A stretch of 10,995 bases of DNA from a virus. Lineage: Duplodnaviria; Heunggongvirae; Uroviricota; Caudoviricetes. This document shows, one piece after another, positions 1 to 7,410 of this stretch. Under the pieces are notes generated by a model. That model was not told the origin of the DNA. It saw nothing but the letters and a program-made list of their open reading frames with translations, and ran no database searches. Made by a program: the position numbers and the translations under genes. The stretch spans positions 1 to 10,995 of the IMG/VR virus record IMGVR_UViG_2579778784_000010. One strand, 5' to 3'. Positions within the stretch are counted from its first letter, which is position 1; each line of letters starts with the position of its first letter.

Positions 1-420
1 ATGACGGATTATCAGCCATACAGGAAAGGAACTGTGCTTGCCCCAACAGGGCCATGCAATCATCTTCATGTGATTTGTAATGATCCTGTTTATTACCCCG
101 TTAACGATTGTTATTGTGTTTTAGTTGTTAATATTTCTAGTATCAAGGATGGTGTCCCCCACGATCCGTCTTGCGTCTTGAATTCTGGTGATCATCGCTT
201 TATCAAGCATCCAAGTTATGTTGTTTACGCTGAAGCTATAATTTGGCGAGTGGATAACATGGTTAGAAAGCAGCGATCGGGTGAGATTTCTGTTCATGAT
301 GATATGCCAGAAGCTACATTCAATAGAATTCTGGACGGTTTTGATATATCTGATGAAGTTACGCCAAAGAACCTTAAATTTAAAAATAAATATTGCGTAT
401 CATCTATTGATGATGAGTAA
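1..420 (+). CDS. AT-rich accessory gene; MazF/PemK-like (Kid/CcdB fold) putative endoribonuclease toxin, 139 aa
   Basis: ORF starts with ATG at window position 1 (true start or an upstream partner gene may lie outside the window); TAA at 418-420. By-eye alignment to E. coli MazF is colinear: CYCVLVV vs CLCVPCT, CVLNSG vs VVLSG, AIIWR vs SIAWR, C-terminal PEATFNRILDGF vs PEELQLIKAKINVLIG. Very AT-rich with rare codons (AGA, AGG, ATA), unlike neighbouring genes. No search run. Confidence 0.45.
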   Translation: MTDYQPYRKGTVLAPTGPCNHLHVICNDPVYYPVNDCYCVLVVNISSIKDGVPHDPSCVLNSGDHRFIKHPSYVVYAEAIIWRVDNMVRKQRSGEISVHDDMPEATFNRILDGFDISDEVTPKNLKFKNKYCVSSIDDE

Positions 421-459
421 ACAACAGGAATTTTTTCGGTATAGCTTCTGGAGTTTTCT

Positions 460-633
460 ATGGAAGATCAAAAAGCAACCAAGCCACAGGTTAAGTTCGA
501 CACAATGAAAGCATTCGCAGGTATGGGGGCTGCTGTTGAAGTTCTGATGAAGGCTGCTCCTAATGCGTTCACTCACGCTACTGTCTCTGGTAAAGAGCAG
601 CAGGGTAAGCTTCGTCGTCGCAAAGTAGCATGA
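460..633 (+). CDS. small hypothetical protein, 57 aa, basic C-terminus (KLRRRKVA)
   Basis: ATG at 460 preceded by GGAG (450-453) with 6-nt spacing; TGA at 631-633; host-like codon usage; immediately followed by a strong intrinsic terminator. Below the length cutoff of the supplied ORF track. Family not recognised. Confidence 0.45.
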   Translation: MEDQKATKPQVKFDTMKAFAGMGAAVEVLMKAAPNAFTHATVSGKEQQGKLRRRKVA

Positions 634-652
634 TCATAGCTGGTGCTTTTTG

Positions 653-681
653 AAAACCCGCCTTTAGGCGGGTTTTTTCTT
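653..681. terminator. bidirectional Rho-independent terminator
   Basis: Perfect hairpin AAAACCCGCC-TTTA-GGCGGGTTTT (653-676) followed by T-run on plus strand; the complement gives a UUUU run for the minus strand. Sits between convergent genes (stops at 631-633 and 681-683). Confidence 0.65.
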
Positions 682-962
682 TAGTGATGTTCTTTGCCCT
701 TCTGTTTGCCTGTTCTGACCTGTTCCCACTCGATACGTCCTTCTTCTCGTCTTTTGTCTATGTATTCCGCAAGATCCTGAATATTGATGCAACGTTTTGC
801 TTTTTGTGATGTGCCGATGCGATATGTTGGAACGGGCAACTTACAAGCGTTTGCTTTTGCTTCTGCCGTGGCTGGACTCATGCCAAAGTACTTTTGGCTA
901 ACTGCTGAGAGTTCAATGTTAGGGGTATTGAATTCAGCCATCAGTAAAAACAAGGTGTTCAT
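681..962 (-). CDS. PrtN-family (pyocin-activator-like) DNA-binding protein, possible excisionase/regulator, 93 aa
   Basis: ATG at 962 with GGAGAAAATT upstream; the ORF track extends to a GTG at 989 with no good RBS. Motif FGMSPATAEAKANACKLPVPTYRIGTSQKA...DLAEYID matches my recollection of the PrtN family. TAA at 681-683 abuts the terminator. Confidence 0.55.
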   Translation of the reverse strand: MNTLFLLMAEFNTPNIELSAVSQKYFGMSPATAEAKANACKLPVPTYRIGTSQKAKRCINIQDLAEYIDKRREEGRIEWEQVRTGKQKGKEHH

Positions 963-998
963 AATTTTCTCCATCAAAACCGGCTGCACCCGGGAAAA

Positions 999-1571
999 TC
1001 ATAATTCTGTGCTGGTGGCAGGAATTAATTTCTGCCAGATAGCGGAAACATATTTTGCCTGATGACGGGCATCGGCCAGGGCGTTGTGCCGTTCGCCATC
1101 GAAAGGCATGTCTATTTTGGGGTCGAATCCGATGGAACGCCCAAGCGTAACGATCGTGCGTACATCGTGGTCATTCCAGTATGCCCACGGGCAGATTTGT
1201 CCTGCTCGCTCATAAGCTCCACGTAAAATTACGTTGTCGAAGGTGGCCCCGTTACCCCAGACTTTTAAATATTTCGTATTGGCTGCGTGCCGGTTAATGA
1301 AATGATTTAGTTCTGAGAGAGCATCGCTGATCGACAAAGTATCATCAATACAGATTGCAGCTCGTGCTTCAGGGCTTTGTTTCAACCACCACAGGATGGT
1401 ATCGCCGTCAGGTGTAGCTCCTTGCCCCATAGCACTTTCCAGGCTAACAACCGTATAGAATTCTTGTCCGATGTCTCCGGTTTCTGGAGTGAAGAACACC
1501 GCGCCAATGGAAACGATCGGTGCATCCTTATTTTTCCCCATCGTCTCAAGGTCGATCATTAAGTTGTTCAT
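999..1571 (-). CDS. DnaQ-like DEDDh 3'-5' exonuclease, 190 aa
   Basis: Exo motifs: IDLETMG (Exo I), WGNGATFD (Exo II), HNALADARHQAKY (Exo III). ATG at 1569-1571 overlaps upstream TGA (ATGA coupling), with GAGGTG RBS; track alternative is GTG at 1574. Confidence 0.75.
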   Translation of the reverse strand: MNNLMIDLETMGKNKDAPIVSIGAVFFTPETGDIGQEFYTVVSLESAMGQGATPDGDTILWWLKQSPEARAAICIDDTLSISDALSELNHFINRHAANTKYLKVWGNGATFDNVILRGAYERAGQICPWAYWNDHDVRTIVTLGRSIGFDPKIDMPFDGERHNALADARHQAKYVSAIWQKLIPATSTEL

Positions 1572-2386
1572 CACTTCACCTCTTGTGATGGTTTTGCTGC
1601 AAAATACTCGATACCTTTATCCCAGATAGATTTTATGGTCGACCACGTGACTGGCACTTTAATTTCAATACGTCCGCTCCCGTCACAGGTATCGCAATCA
1701 TCATCGCCAAAGCATTCCAGGCAGCTTATAAACGTAGTTTCTGAAAATTCACCGGATAGCACCCCCTTAGCGCCGTTCTCGGCTGTTAGTCTCTTCGGCA
1801 CCATAACCCAACCATCCGGAGTTACCGGAGAGTTGCCAGACAGTGCGTTCTGCAATCGTTCCAGCTTAACGTATTCCTGAACCCTGTTTCCGTCGCACGC
1901 CTGAAGCCATTGCACAGCCTTTTGCGCATCAGTGTGAAAGGCACAAGTGCGACCGTCATCAAATTGCATTTCGTAGAGGTCAGCAACCTGTTTAAACTGC
2001 GTTTGTGGCAACTTGTAAGCCCGGCTTGCAGGTACGGCACTATAGAGCATGGCAGCGCGGCAGGCATTCCAGCCTGTAGCGTATGCAGCCGCTTTGCTGC
2101 TGCCTTCAACTGGCGCATCCTGCCAATACATTTCTTCCGGCACTACCGGCGCTGGAGGGACAGTGTAAAGCTGGTGCGTTCCATCAGGCAGCGAGTGACC
2201 TACATACTCACCGAACCCGTCAACACACATGCTCCCATCTTCAATAATGCATGACGCTACTGGCTCCGCTTCCAGCGATGCCAGAGCAATTTCATAAGCC
2301 CGGCGCTCAATATTGTCTCGAACGTCCAGGCTGCCTATGCGTTCTTTGATTTCTTTAATCATTTCTTTGTCGGTTAAAGTTGTCAT
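1571..2386 (-). CDS. hypothetical phage early protein, 271 aa, with C-terminal Cys cluster (possible zinc ribbon)
   Basis: ATG at 2386 with GAGGA RBS; C-terminus CLECFGDDDCDTCDGSGRIEI has CxxC...CxxCxGxG spacing. Coding-like codon usage; operon context. Confidence 0.6.
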   Translation of the reverse strand: MTTLTDKEMIKEIKERIGSLDVRDNIERRAYEIALASLEAEPVASCIIEDGSMCVDGFGEYVGHSLPDGTHQLYTVPPAPVVPEEMYWQDAPVEGSSKAAAYATGWNACRAAMLYSAVPASRAYKLPQTQFKQVADLYEMQFDDGRTCAFHTDAQKAVQWLQACDGNRVQEYVKLERLQNALSGNSPVTPDGWVMVPKRLTAENGAKGVLSGEFSETTFISCLECFGDDDCDTCDGSGRIEIKVPVTWSTIKSIWDKGIEYFAAKPSQEVK

Positions 2387-2389
2387 GTG

Positions 2390-2677
2390 TTAGTCCTCAT
2401 CCACTTCAACGCCATCTTTCAGCGTGATGCCGTGCCAATCATCAGCCCAACTGGTTAGCCCTGGCGCATCAATGCTAGGCATATAAACGCTTGCAGTGTG
2501 GTAGCCCTTATCGTTATCAATGCTGGCAACGTGCTCGCCGTTGTATGCGCTCAGCGTGTCCAGGACGCTATAAAACTTTCCTCCGGCTGCCCTGAAATCC
2601 TTTACAGCCTTCACAAGGCGATTCCACGCTTTTTCCTGTTCTGGCGTCAGGTCGATTAATTCCTGCAAAGTTGCCAT
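2390..2677 (-). CDS. hypothetical phage early protein, 95 aa, acidic C-terminus
   Basis: ATG at 2677 preceded by AAGGAG (8-nt spacing); TAA at 2390-2392; 3-nt gap to the next gene. Confidence 0.6.
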   Translation of the reverse strand: MATLQELIDLTPEQEKAWNRLVKAVKDFRAAGGKFYSVLDTLSAYNGEHVASIDNDKGYHTASVYMPSIDAPGLTSWADDWHGITLKDGVEVDED

Positions 2678-2678
2678 A

Positions 2679-3173
2679 TCACTCTCCTTTGATGCGAATG
2701 CCAGTGGTACTCATTCTCCTGATTTCCCAGAGCACACGAGGAACACCACCGTTTCCGACCGGATCGCGTTTACTCCGCAGGGCGACGCTTGATTCCGCCC
2801 AGCTTTTTCTTGGAGGAAGCTCTTTCACACGAACAAAACCAGCTGCGCGAAGAGATGCTCCTGATTCATCTGCCTGGGTGTACGTAATACAACGTTGATA
2901 ACCCATAGCCTTTGCTGCCCGCCAGACAGCACCATAAAGCGCGCTGTTAGCGTTGCGTTCTCCTGTGGTACATGTGCGATTTACTTCAAGCGTTAATCCA
3001 TCGTCCAAATGTCGTGCAACAGGTCGACCAGCTGTCGCCACACCTATCAATTCTCCGGCATTATTTCTCAGACCAATGCTGAATTTATGCCCCACTGGTG
3101 GTTTATTGTGTCGGTGGTGCTGTGCGATAAATTCCTGCGCCGCTTTCAGCGTTATAGGTGAAATGACCATCAC
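2679..3173 (-). CDS. hypothetical phage early protein, about 163-164 aa
   Basis: Start GTG 3173 or ATG 3170 (ATGA overlap with upstream stop), AAGGAGG upstream; TGA at 2679-2681. Family not recognised. Confidence 0.55.
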   Translation of the reverse strand: MMVISPITLKAAQEFIAQHHRHNKPPVGHKFSIGLRNNAGELIGVATAGRPVARHLDDGLTLEVNRTCTTGERNANSALYGAVWRAAKAMGYQRCITYTQADESGASLRAAGFVRVKELPPRKSWAESSVALRSKRDPVGNGGVPRVLWEIRRMSTTGIRIKGE

Positions 3174-3706
3174 TCAGACTCCTCCTTGATGCCAGCGGCG
3201 CGGGAATCATTCCATCGCTTTACTTCTTCACGAATTACGTCAATGCATTCTTTCGAATCCATTAGGTAATCTTCATCAAAAAGACGTTCCTGTTCGTTTT
3301 CTATCGCAACAATGATTGCTTCAACTAATTTTTGTGCCTGAGAATCACTTTCTAACTCTGCAATGCGCTTACTCCCATCCGAGATAACACCTTCGTAATA
3401 CACACGCTGCTCGTTGAGTTTTGATTTTGTCTCCTCAAGCTCAACTCTCAGCTTCCCTACCGTTAGCGCAATATCCTCGTTCTCCTGGTCGCGGAGTTTG
3501 ATGTATTGCTGTTTTTCGTCCAGCTCATCCAACAGCCCGGCGATAATGTCCACTTCCCGATGACGGATTTCTCGCTTAAACGCCGCTAAAGCTGCATCAC
3601 AATCCTGTTCAGCGTTTGGACTGTCTGGCTTTTCCTGATACCACGCCAGAGTCGATTGATAGTTTTGTGCTGCCTTACGCAACGCCTGATAGTCAATCTC
3701 GCTCAC
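3170..3706 (-). CDS. coiled-coil early-left protein, possibly Ead/Ea22-like, 178 aa
   Basis: GTG at 3706 preceded by AAGGAGG (6-nt spacing); the longer track ORF (to 4054) has a junk-like N-terminus overlapping two other genes. Sequence rich in E/K/L/Q heptad-like segments. Family assignment from memory only. Confidence 0.5.
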   Translation of the reverse strand: MSEIDYQALRKAAQNYQSTLAWYQEKPDSPNAEQDCDAALAAFKREIRHREVDIIAGLLDELDEKQQYIKLRDQENEDIALTVGKLRVELEETKSKLNEQRVYYEGVISDGSKRIAELESDSQAQKLVEAIIVAIENEQERLFDEDYLMDSKECIDVIREEVKRWNDSRAAGIKEESE

Positions 3707-3941
3707 TGGTGCCTCCTTTACGGATCTGCGCTGCGATGCACGAAAAAAAAGACTCTCGCGTATGACAGTTAAGAGCTGGTGCGAACGCCGCGTTAAGAAC
3801 GGCGGCATCACAGCCGTCATCAATATAGAGCGCAATTTTTTTCTCCAGGCGCGCTTTGGCTTCCTGCAACTGCATACCCCGGCACGCACGCGGGATATAC
3901 TCAGCAATTTGAGCGATAGATTTTTCGTTCTGTTTAAACAT
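3693..3941 (-). CDS. hypothetical small phage protein, 82 aa
   Basis: ATG at 3941 with GAGGTG RBS; good codon usage; overlaps the downstream gene by 14 nt; contains an A8/T8 homopolymer (3743-3750). Confidence 0.5.
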   Translation of the reverse strand: MFKQNEKSIAQIAEYIPRACRGMQLQEAKARLEKKIALYIDDGCDAAVLNAAFAPALNCHTRESFFSCIAAQIRKGGTSERD

Positions 3942-4137
3942 GCTTCACCTCGATAGGCTTGATGGTATCGATCAGCAGTCGGCGGCGAGTATTTTCTGCA
4001 AAGTGGCGGCGTCCGGTTTCTTTGTGGTAAAACTCGTTTTTTCCGACGACCCACATCCGCTTTGTCTGGTGCAGTTTTTTTACCTGCGGACCGTCTCGGG
4101 TGATAACAATTCCTGTATGAGTTTTTATCACGCTCAT
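3934..4137 (-). CDS. hypothetical small basic phage protein, 67 aa
   Basis: ATG at 4137 with GGAGAA RBS; 8-nt overlap with the next gene; operon context. Confidence 0.45.
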   Translation of the reverse strand: MSVIKTHTGIVITRDGPQVKKLHQTKRMWVVGKNEFYHKETGRRHFAENTRRRLLIDTIKPIEVKHV

Positions 4138-4496
4138 TTTTTATTCTCCGGTGCTTTCGGCATTACTGCCCAGTGAGTGATATTGACGTTTTCAAGGTCC
4201 CCGACCTGAAATGTCCACTGCCATTCTCCGGTTTCTTTTTGTCCCCAGGTGTACCAGAGAGAACGCCAGCCAATTAGCCAGCCTTCTCCGTTAGCATCAA
4301 ATAACAGAACACTTTCATTTGCTGGCGGCAGTTCAGCTGACACTGGTATTATTTTGTTTTCCAGTGCCGCACATTTAGCTTCAAGCGCATCGAATTTACG
4401 TACCAGGTACTCAGCATTTGTTTCATTCACTTTCAGATCTCGTGGTACACATTTCCCGCGAAGAAACCCTTCCATTTCGAAAACATTCATGCGCAT
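4134..4496 (-). CDS. yfdS: YfdS-like phage protein (DUF551-type as I recall), 120 aa
   Basis: Tryptophan-rich C-terminal segment (GWLIGWRSLWYTWGQKETGEWQW); length equals K-12 YfdS (120 aa) and it sits directly after the YfdR-like gene as in CPS-53. ATG at 4496 overlaps the YfdR-like stop. Symbol by recalled synteny and length, not by search. Confidence 0.6.
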   Translation of the reverse strand: MRMNVFEMEGFLRGKCVPRDLKVNETNAEYLVRKFDALEAKCAALENKIIPVSAELPPANESVLLFDANGEGWLIGWRSLWYTWGQKETGEWQWTFQVGDLENVNITHWAVMPKAPENKK

Positions 4497-5023
4497 GTGC
4501 GTAACTCCGATAACTCGTTAAAGCGCTCCATAAACATCCCGTAGGCATGGCTCGGAGCCAGTGGAATAACTTTGAACATTTCTGTTGCCGGGATACCTTC
4601 CAGTACTGGCCAGAAAGAGCCATCATCAAGCCCGAGATCGCGGCGTTCGGTTGCCAGCATGATGAGATCGGCATATTTCACAGGCGTGCTCATAACCGGG
4701 GGTAACCCGTATTTCTCACGGATTACGGCGTCTATTTTTTCTTCCATCCGTTTATAGTCAGGAAGAAGGCGTTTCAGTGGAGCGGGAATGTCCTGGCAAT
4801 ACGCTTCTGTTGCATCATGCATTAACGCTTCAAAAGCAAATTCCTGCGGCACCAGCTGGCTGCAAAGCACCGCATGCTGGGCGACACTGTAGAAGTGTGA
4901 AAGATGTCCTGCAAAGCGACAGATATTTGAAAGGGAAACCGCGATATCGTTAATCACGATGTCGTCTTTATTTATCTTGTCATAATAAAAATGCTTCCCG
5001 GAAAAAGTTTTAATAAATGACAT
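4487..5023 (-). CDS. yfdR: HD-domain phosphohydrolase, YfdR-like (5'-deoxynucleotidase family), 178 aa
   Basis: ATG at 5023 with GGAGAA RBS (the track ORF starts further upstream at 5086). HD signature (H...HDATEAY...D). 178 aa equals K-12 YfdR. Confidence 0.7.
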   Translation of the reverse strand: MSFIKTFSGKHFYYDKINKDDIVINDIAVSLSNICRFAGHLSHFYSVAQHAVLCSQLVPQEFAFEALMHDATEAYCQDIPAPLKRLLPDYKRMEEKIDAVIREKYGLPPVMSTPVKYADLIMLATERRDLGLDDGSFWPVLEGIPATEMFKVIPLAPSHAYGMFMERFNELSELRTCA

Positions 5024-5151
5024 TTCGTTCTCCACTTTATATGCGCTGCACCGCGCTGAATTCGGGTAAAAGGAATCCCGCACCATCCGGCGATTATTGA
5101 GTTAATTACGTTTCCATAAATGCCCCCGCAGGGGCATTTGCAGTAATGAAA

Positions 5152-5976
5152 TCAGGCGGTGAAAGTACCAATAAAGGTTTCTACTTTGCTGTCTTTGAAT
5201 TTCTCAACAAGCAGATCACGAAATTCGTTAGCCATTTCTTCCTGCACTGCTTCCAGCTGAATAATGCGCAGAACCAGTACAGGACGATCGCCAGTGATAA
5301 CGCTGAGGCGTAATTTAAATGGACGTTCTTTCAGACCTTCAAACGGAACGCATTTAAATTCAAATGCCACTGGCATAATATCTTTGGTTTTCGCTTCGAC
5401 AGACTCCATCAGGGAGCGTTTGCCGCTGAAGTCATTATCTTCAAAATCAGCGGTCTGGTTTGCTTCAATCGTGATTTTACGGACAGCCGCAGCCGCTTTT
5501 GTTGCCTGAATAGCGTCACCATTAGCATCAAAGCCCACAAGGTAGTCGGCCCAGTCTTCAATCCATTCTGCCAGTGACTTCTGGGAATGACGCTCGCCGT
5601 TAACAGACAACAGAGCAGAGAACGGTGCTGTCTTTTTCAGTTTGAGAGTGGCGGTGTTATCTGCGTGACCTGGTTCATCAATAGTACCCAGGTTAAGTAC
5701 ACTGACGGCACGCATATTATCAGCATCGATAAAGCAGCGGGTGCCTTCATCTGCAAGATCTTTAGAATAACGGGTAAAGTCATCGATGCTGGCAGTGGAA
5801 AGCGCACCACGGAAACGGAAGCGATTTAAATTAAATTTTTCCAGATCATGAATGAGGAAATTCTCGGGCAATGCCACAGCATCGGCACCAATCTTACTGA
5901 TAATTTCATTAACACCCTGAGCAGAAATAAGGGCATGGATTTGATTAATTGCGGTTGCGTCTAAGTTCTGAGACAT
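5152..5976 (-). CDS. yfdQ: YfdQ-like protein (DUF2303-type as I recall), 274 aa
   Basis: ATG at 5976 with GAGGA RBS; TGA at 5152-5154. 274 aa equals K-12 YfdQ; position between the YfdP-like and YfdR-like genes matches CPS-53. Confidence 0.7.
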   Translation of the reverse strand: MSQNLDATAINQIHALISAQGVNEIISKIGADAVALPENFLIHDLEKFNLNRFRFRGALSTASIDDFTRYSKDLADEGTRCFIDADNMRAVSVLNLGTIDEPGHADNTATLKLKKTAPFSALLSVNGERHSQKSLAEWIEDWADYLVGFDANGDAIQATKAAAAVRKITIEANQTADFEDNDFSGKRSLMESVEAKTKDIMPVAFEFKCVPFEGLKERPFKLRLSVITGDRPVLVLRIIQLEAVQEEMANEFRDLLVEKFKDSKVETFIGTFTA

Positions 5977-6041
5977 AATAAGTCCTCACTATATAAAGAT
6001 ATTCAGTGATGAGATAAATAATCAGTTAATTAAGAACGATA

Positions 6042-6404
6042 TTAATGACCTGCTGCGCGTAGTTTTCCGTCAGGTTCACCGGCAAGAGTCAGTAATTGTC
6101 CCTGGTCTTCCTGCAGAATAGTCAGACGACCACCGCGATTGACATACATCGGCGTTTCGGTGGTGTCTTCTTCGGAAATTTTCCCGCGGTTAGTCGGGCG
6201 AACATATGAGAGTTTGTGTTTGATTTTCACACGGTTCTCATCAAATGGTTCGATTTCCAGGTTGAGTGAGACCTTACCTTTGGTTTTCGTGTTCATCACA
6301 CCGGAAGCGACTTCACTGAGAACTGCGCCGATTTTGGTTTCAAATACGCCGCCGTCCAGCTCCCCGATAAATGCCTGCACATCAGTACTGCGTTCGCTAG
6401 CCAT
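6042..6404 (-). CDS. yfdP: YfdP-like protein, 120 aa
   Basis: ATG at 6404 with GAGGAG RBS 7 nt upstream. The 226-aa track ORF extends upstream through GC-rich non-coding sequence and a terminator hairpin, so is rejected. 120 aa equals K-12 YfdP. Confidence 0.6.
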   Translation of the reverse strand: MASERSTDVQAFIGELDGGVFETKIGAVLSEVASGVMNTKTKGKVSLNLEIEPFDENRVKIKHKLSYVRPTNRGKISEEDTTETPMYVNRGGRLTILQEDQGQLLTLAGEPDGKLRAAGH

Positions 6405-6872
6405 TTTGCTGCTCCTCATCATATCGACCCTGCAAGGTCGGTTGGTTTCTCCACAAAACAGAGAAGAACACCTGCGGTGGCAGCCGCCCGGATGGATTGG
6501 GTTATGAGCCCGTCGTCCGGTGATGCTCTTCTCTGTTTTGTAAAAAGAGCGGTACCAGCCGGAAGCAAGGGTACAAGCTGGTACCGCCAGGACTACACAC
6601 AGCATAAAGTTGTGGTGCCGGGTGCCTCCCGGTGCCTGGCGAAGGTTGCACACCAGGCGGGTGGGTATCCACAGAAGGTCGACTGTCAGCCTCAACCTTA
6701 ACCCGCGTGCGCTGAGCCGCATTCACCACAACGCTAAGGATTCTCTCTGGTTGAAAATACTTAGCTGTTATGTGCCTGCTTTTAGCCACATCAGGCGAGG
6801 TGGGCCTGGTTATTCCCCAACAACAAGGATTCGGCTAATCTGGATGACTCTGTTCTTAGAGGGGATAATTAA
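6405..6872 (-). other. GC-rich structured untranslated leader of the early-left operon (candidate regulatory RNA region)
   Basis: No ORF with a credible start or RBS; open in several frames at once (GC-rich). Perfect 15-bp inverted repeat 6453-6467/6527-6541, 11-bp inverted repeat 6549-6559/6577-6587, and adjacent short hairpins at 6628-6660. Confidence 0.4.
6541..6587 (-). terminator. intrinsic terminator in early-left leader (tL-like)
   Basis: Minus-strand RNA: GCGGUACCAGC-(17 nt loop)-GCUGGUACCGC followed by UCUUUUUA; about 140 nt upstream of the YfdP-like start. Confidence 0.45.
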
Positions 6873-7385
6873 ATGGGAGCGATTTATGTTAAACGTTTGA
6901 TTCTGTCGGTAGCACTGATAATACCGATAGCATCCAATGCTTCTGATGCTTTGAACCAGCCGAGCAGTAGTCTAAATGATGGTGTTGAGACTTTTTTTAT
7001 TTCCTGCTTTGATATGCCTCAGGAAACAACTACTGATATGGACGCTTGTCAGAGAGTTCAGTTAGCTCAGGTTAGTTGGGTTAAGAATAAGTATTCGGTG
7101 GCCGCCCTGAATCGTTTGAAACAAGACAACAAGGATGATCCACAGCGTCTGCAGGAATTAACTGCTTCTTTTAACGCGGAAAGTGAAGCTTGGACAGAAT
7201 TAATTGAGAAAGCGTCAAAGTCCGTCCAGGTTGATTATGCAGGAGGAACTATAGCTGGCACTGCAGTTGCATCACGTCAAATTGGTCTTCTGGAATTACA
7301 ATCCCACGATATCTGGGAGCACTGGCTACGATTCGAGGACTCAACTCCTCCTCTTTTGCCAGAACCAAAGTTCAAATCTGAGTAA
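6873..7385 (+). CDS. secreted DUF1311/LprI-like (YecT-like) protein, 170 aa; opposite-strand moron
   Basis: ATG at 6873 with AGAGGGG upstream. N-terminal signal peptide (KR, hydrophobic core LILSVALIIPIA, ASNA/SDA cleavage-like site), two Cys, then W...Y...DYAGGTIAGTAVASR...DIW pattern I associate with DUF1311. AT-rich with rare codons; own terminator downstream. Confidence 0.65.
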   Translation: MGAIYVKRLILSVALIIPIASNASDALNQPSSSLNDGVETFFISCFDMPQETTTDMDACQRVQLAQVSWVKNKYSVAALNRLKQDNKDDPQRLQELTASFNAESEAWTELIEKASKSVQVDYAGGTIAGTAVASRQIGLLELQSHDIWEHWLRFEDSTPPLLPEPKFKSE

Positions 7386-7410
7386 TAAGTCATCCAGATT
7401 GTTAAAGAGC

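Noticed and set aside
3170-4054. 294-aa version of the coiled-coil gene starting at ATG 4054
   Set aside because: The upstream 116 codons overlap two RBS-supported genes in other frames and translate to an implausible basic low-complexity sequence; GTG at 3706 has an AAGGAGG RBS.
281-5829. Shadow ORFs from the track: 281-508, 784-1062, 1377-1562, 1635-1880, 1822-2118, 1910-2254, 2671-2898, 2953-3189, 3762-3956, 3940-4176, 4249-4521, 4423-4674, 4572-4757, 5264-5509, 5587-5829
   Set aside because: Each lies antisense to or out of frame within a better-supported gene that has an RBS, coupling and a recognisable product; none has its own RBS or a recognisable domain.
6042-6722. 226-aa minus-strand ORF extending the YfdP-like gene upstream, with an Arg-rich N-terminus (MRLSARGLRLRL) that might suggest an N-like antiterminator
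   Set aside because: The upstream extension runs through the terminator hairpin and GC-rich inverted repeats, reads as low-complexity junk (PGGTRHHNF...), and has no RBS; the internal ATG at 6404 has a GAGGAG RBS and gives exactly 120 aa.
6502-6789. 95-aa minus-strand ORF (GTG start) in the GC-rich leader, considered as a possible N-like protein
   Set aside because: GTG start without SD, Pro/Gly-rich low-complexity translation typical of GC-rich non-coding DNA, spans the terminator hairpin, and shows no arginine-rich motif like known N proteins.
6405-6872. Retron msr-msd or other RNA-templated element, suggested by the long inverted repeats
   Set aside because: No reverse transcriptase or other large ORF adjacent; the structures fit a transcription leader with terminator better. 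Kept as a structured-leader finding rather than a retron call.
6139-6900. Plus-strand track ORFs 6139-6507, 6477-6701 and 6610-6900 in the same region
   Set aside because: Mutually overlapping in different frames within GC-rich sequence; no RBS-supported starts; translations are low-complexity.
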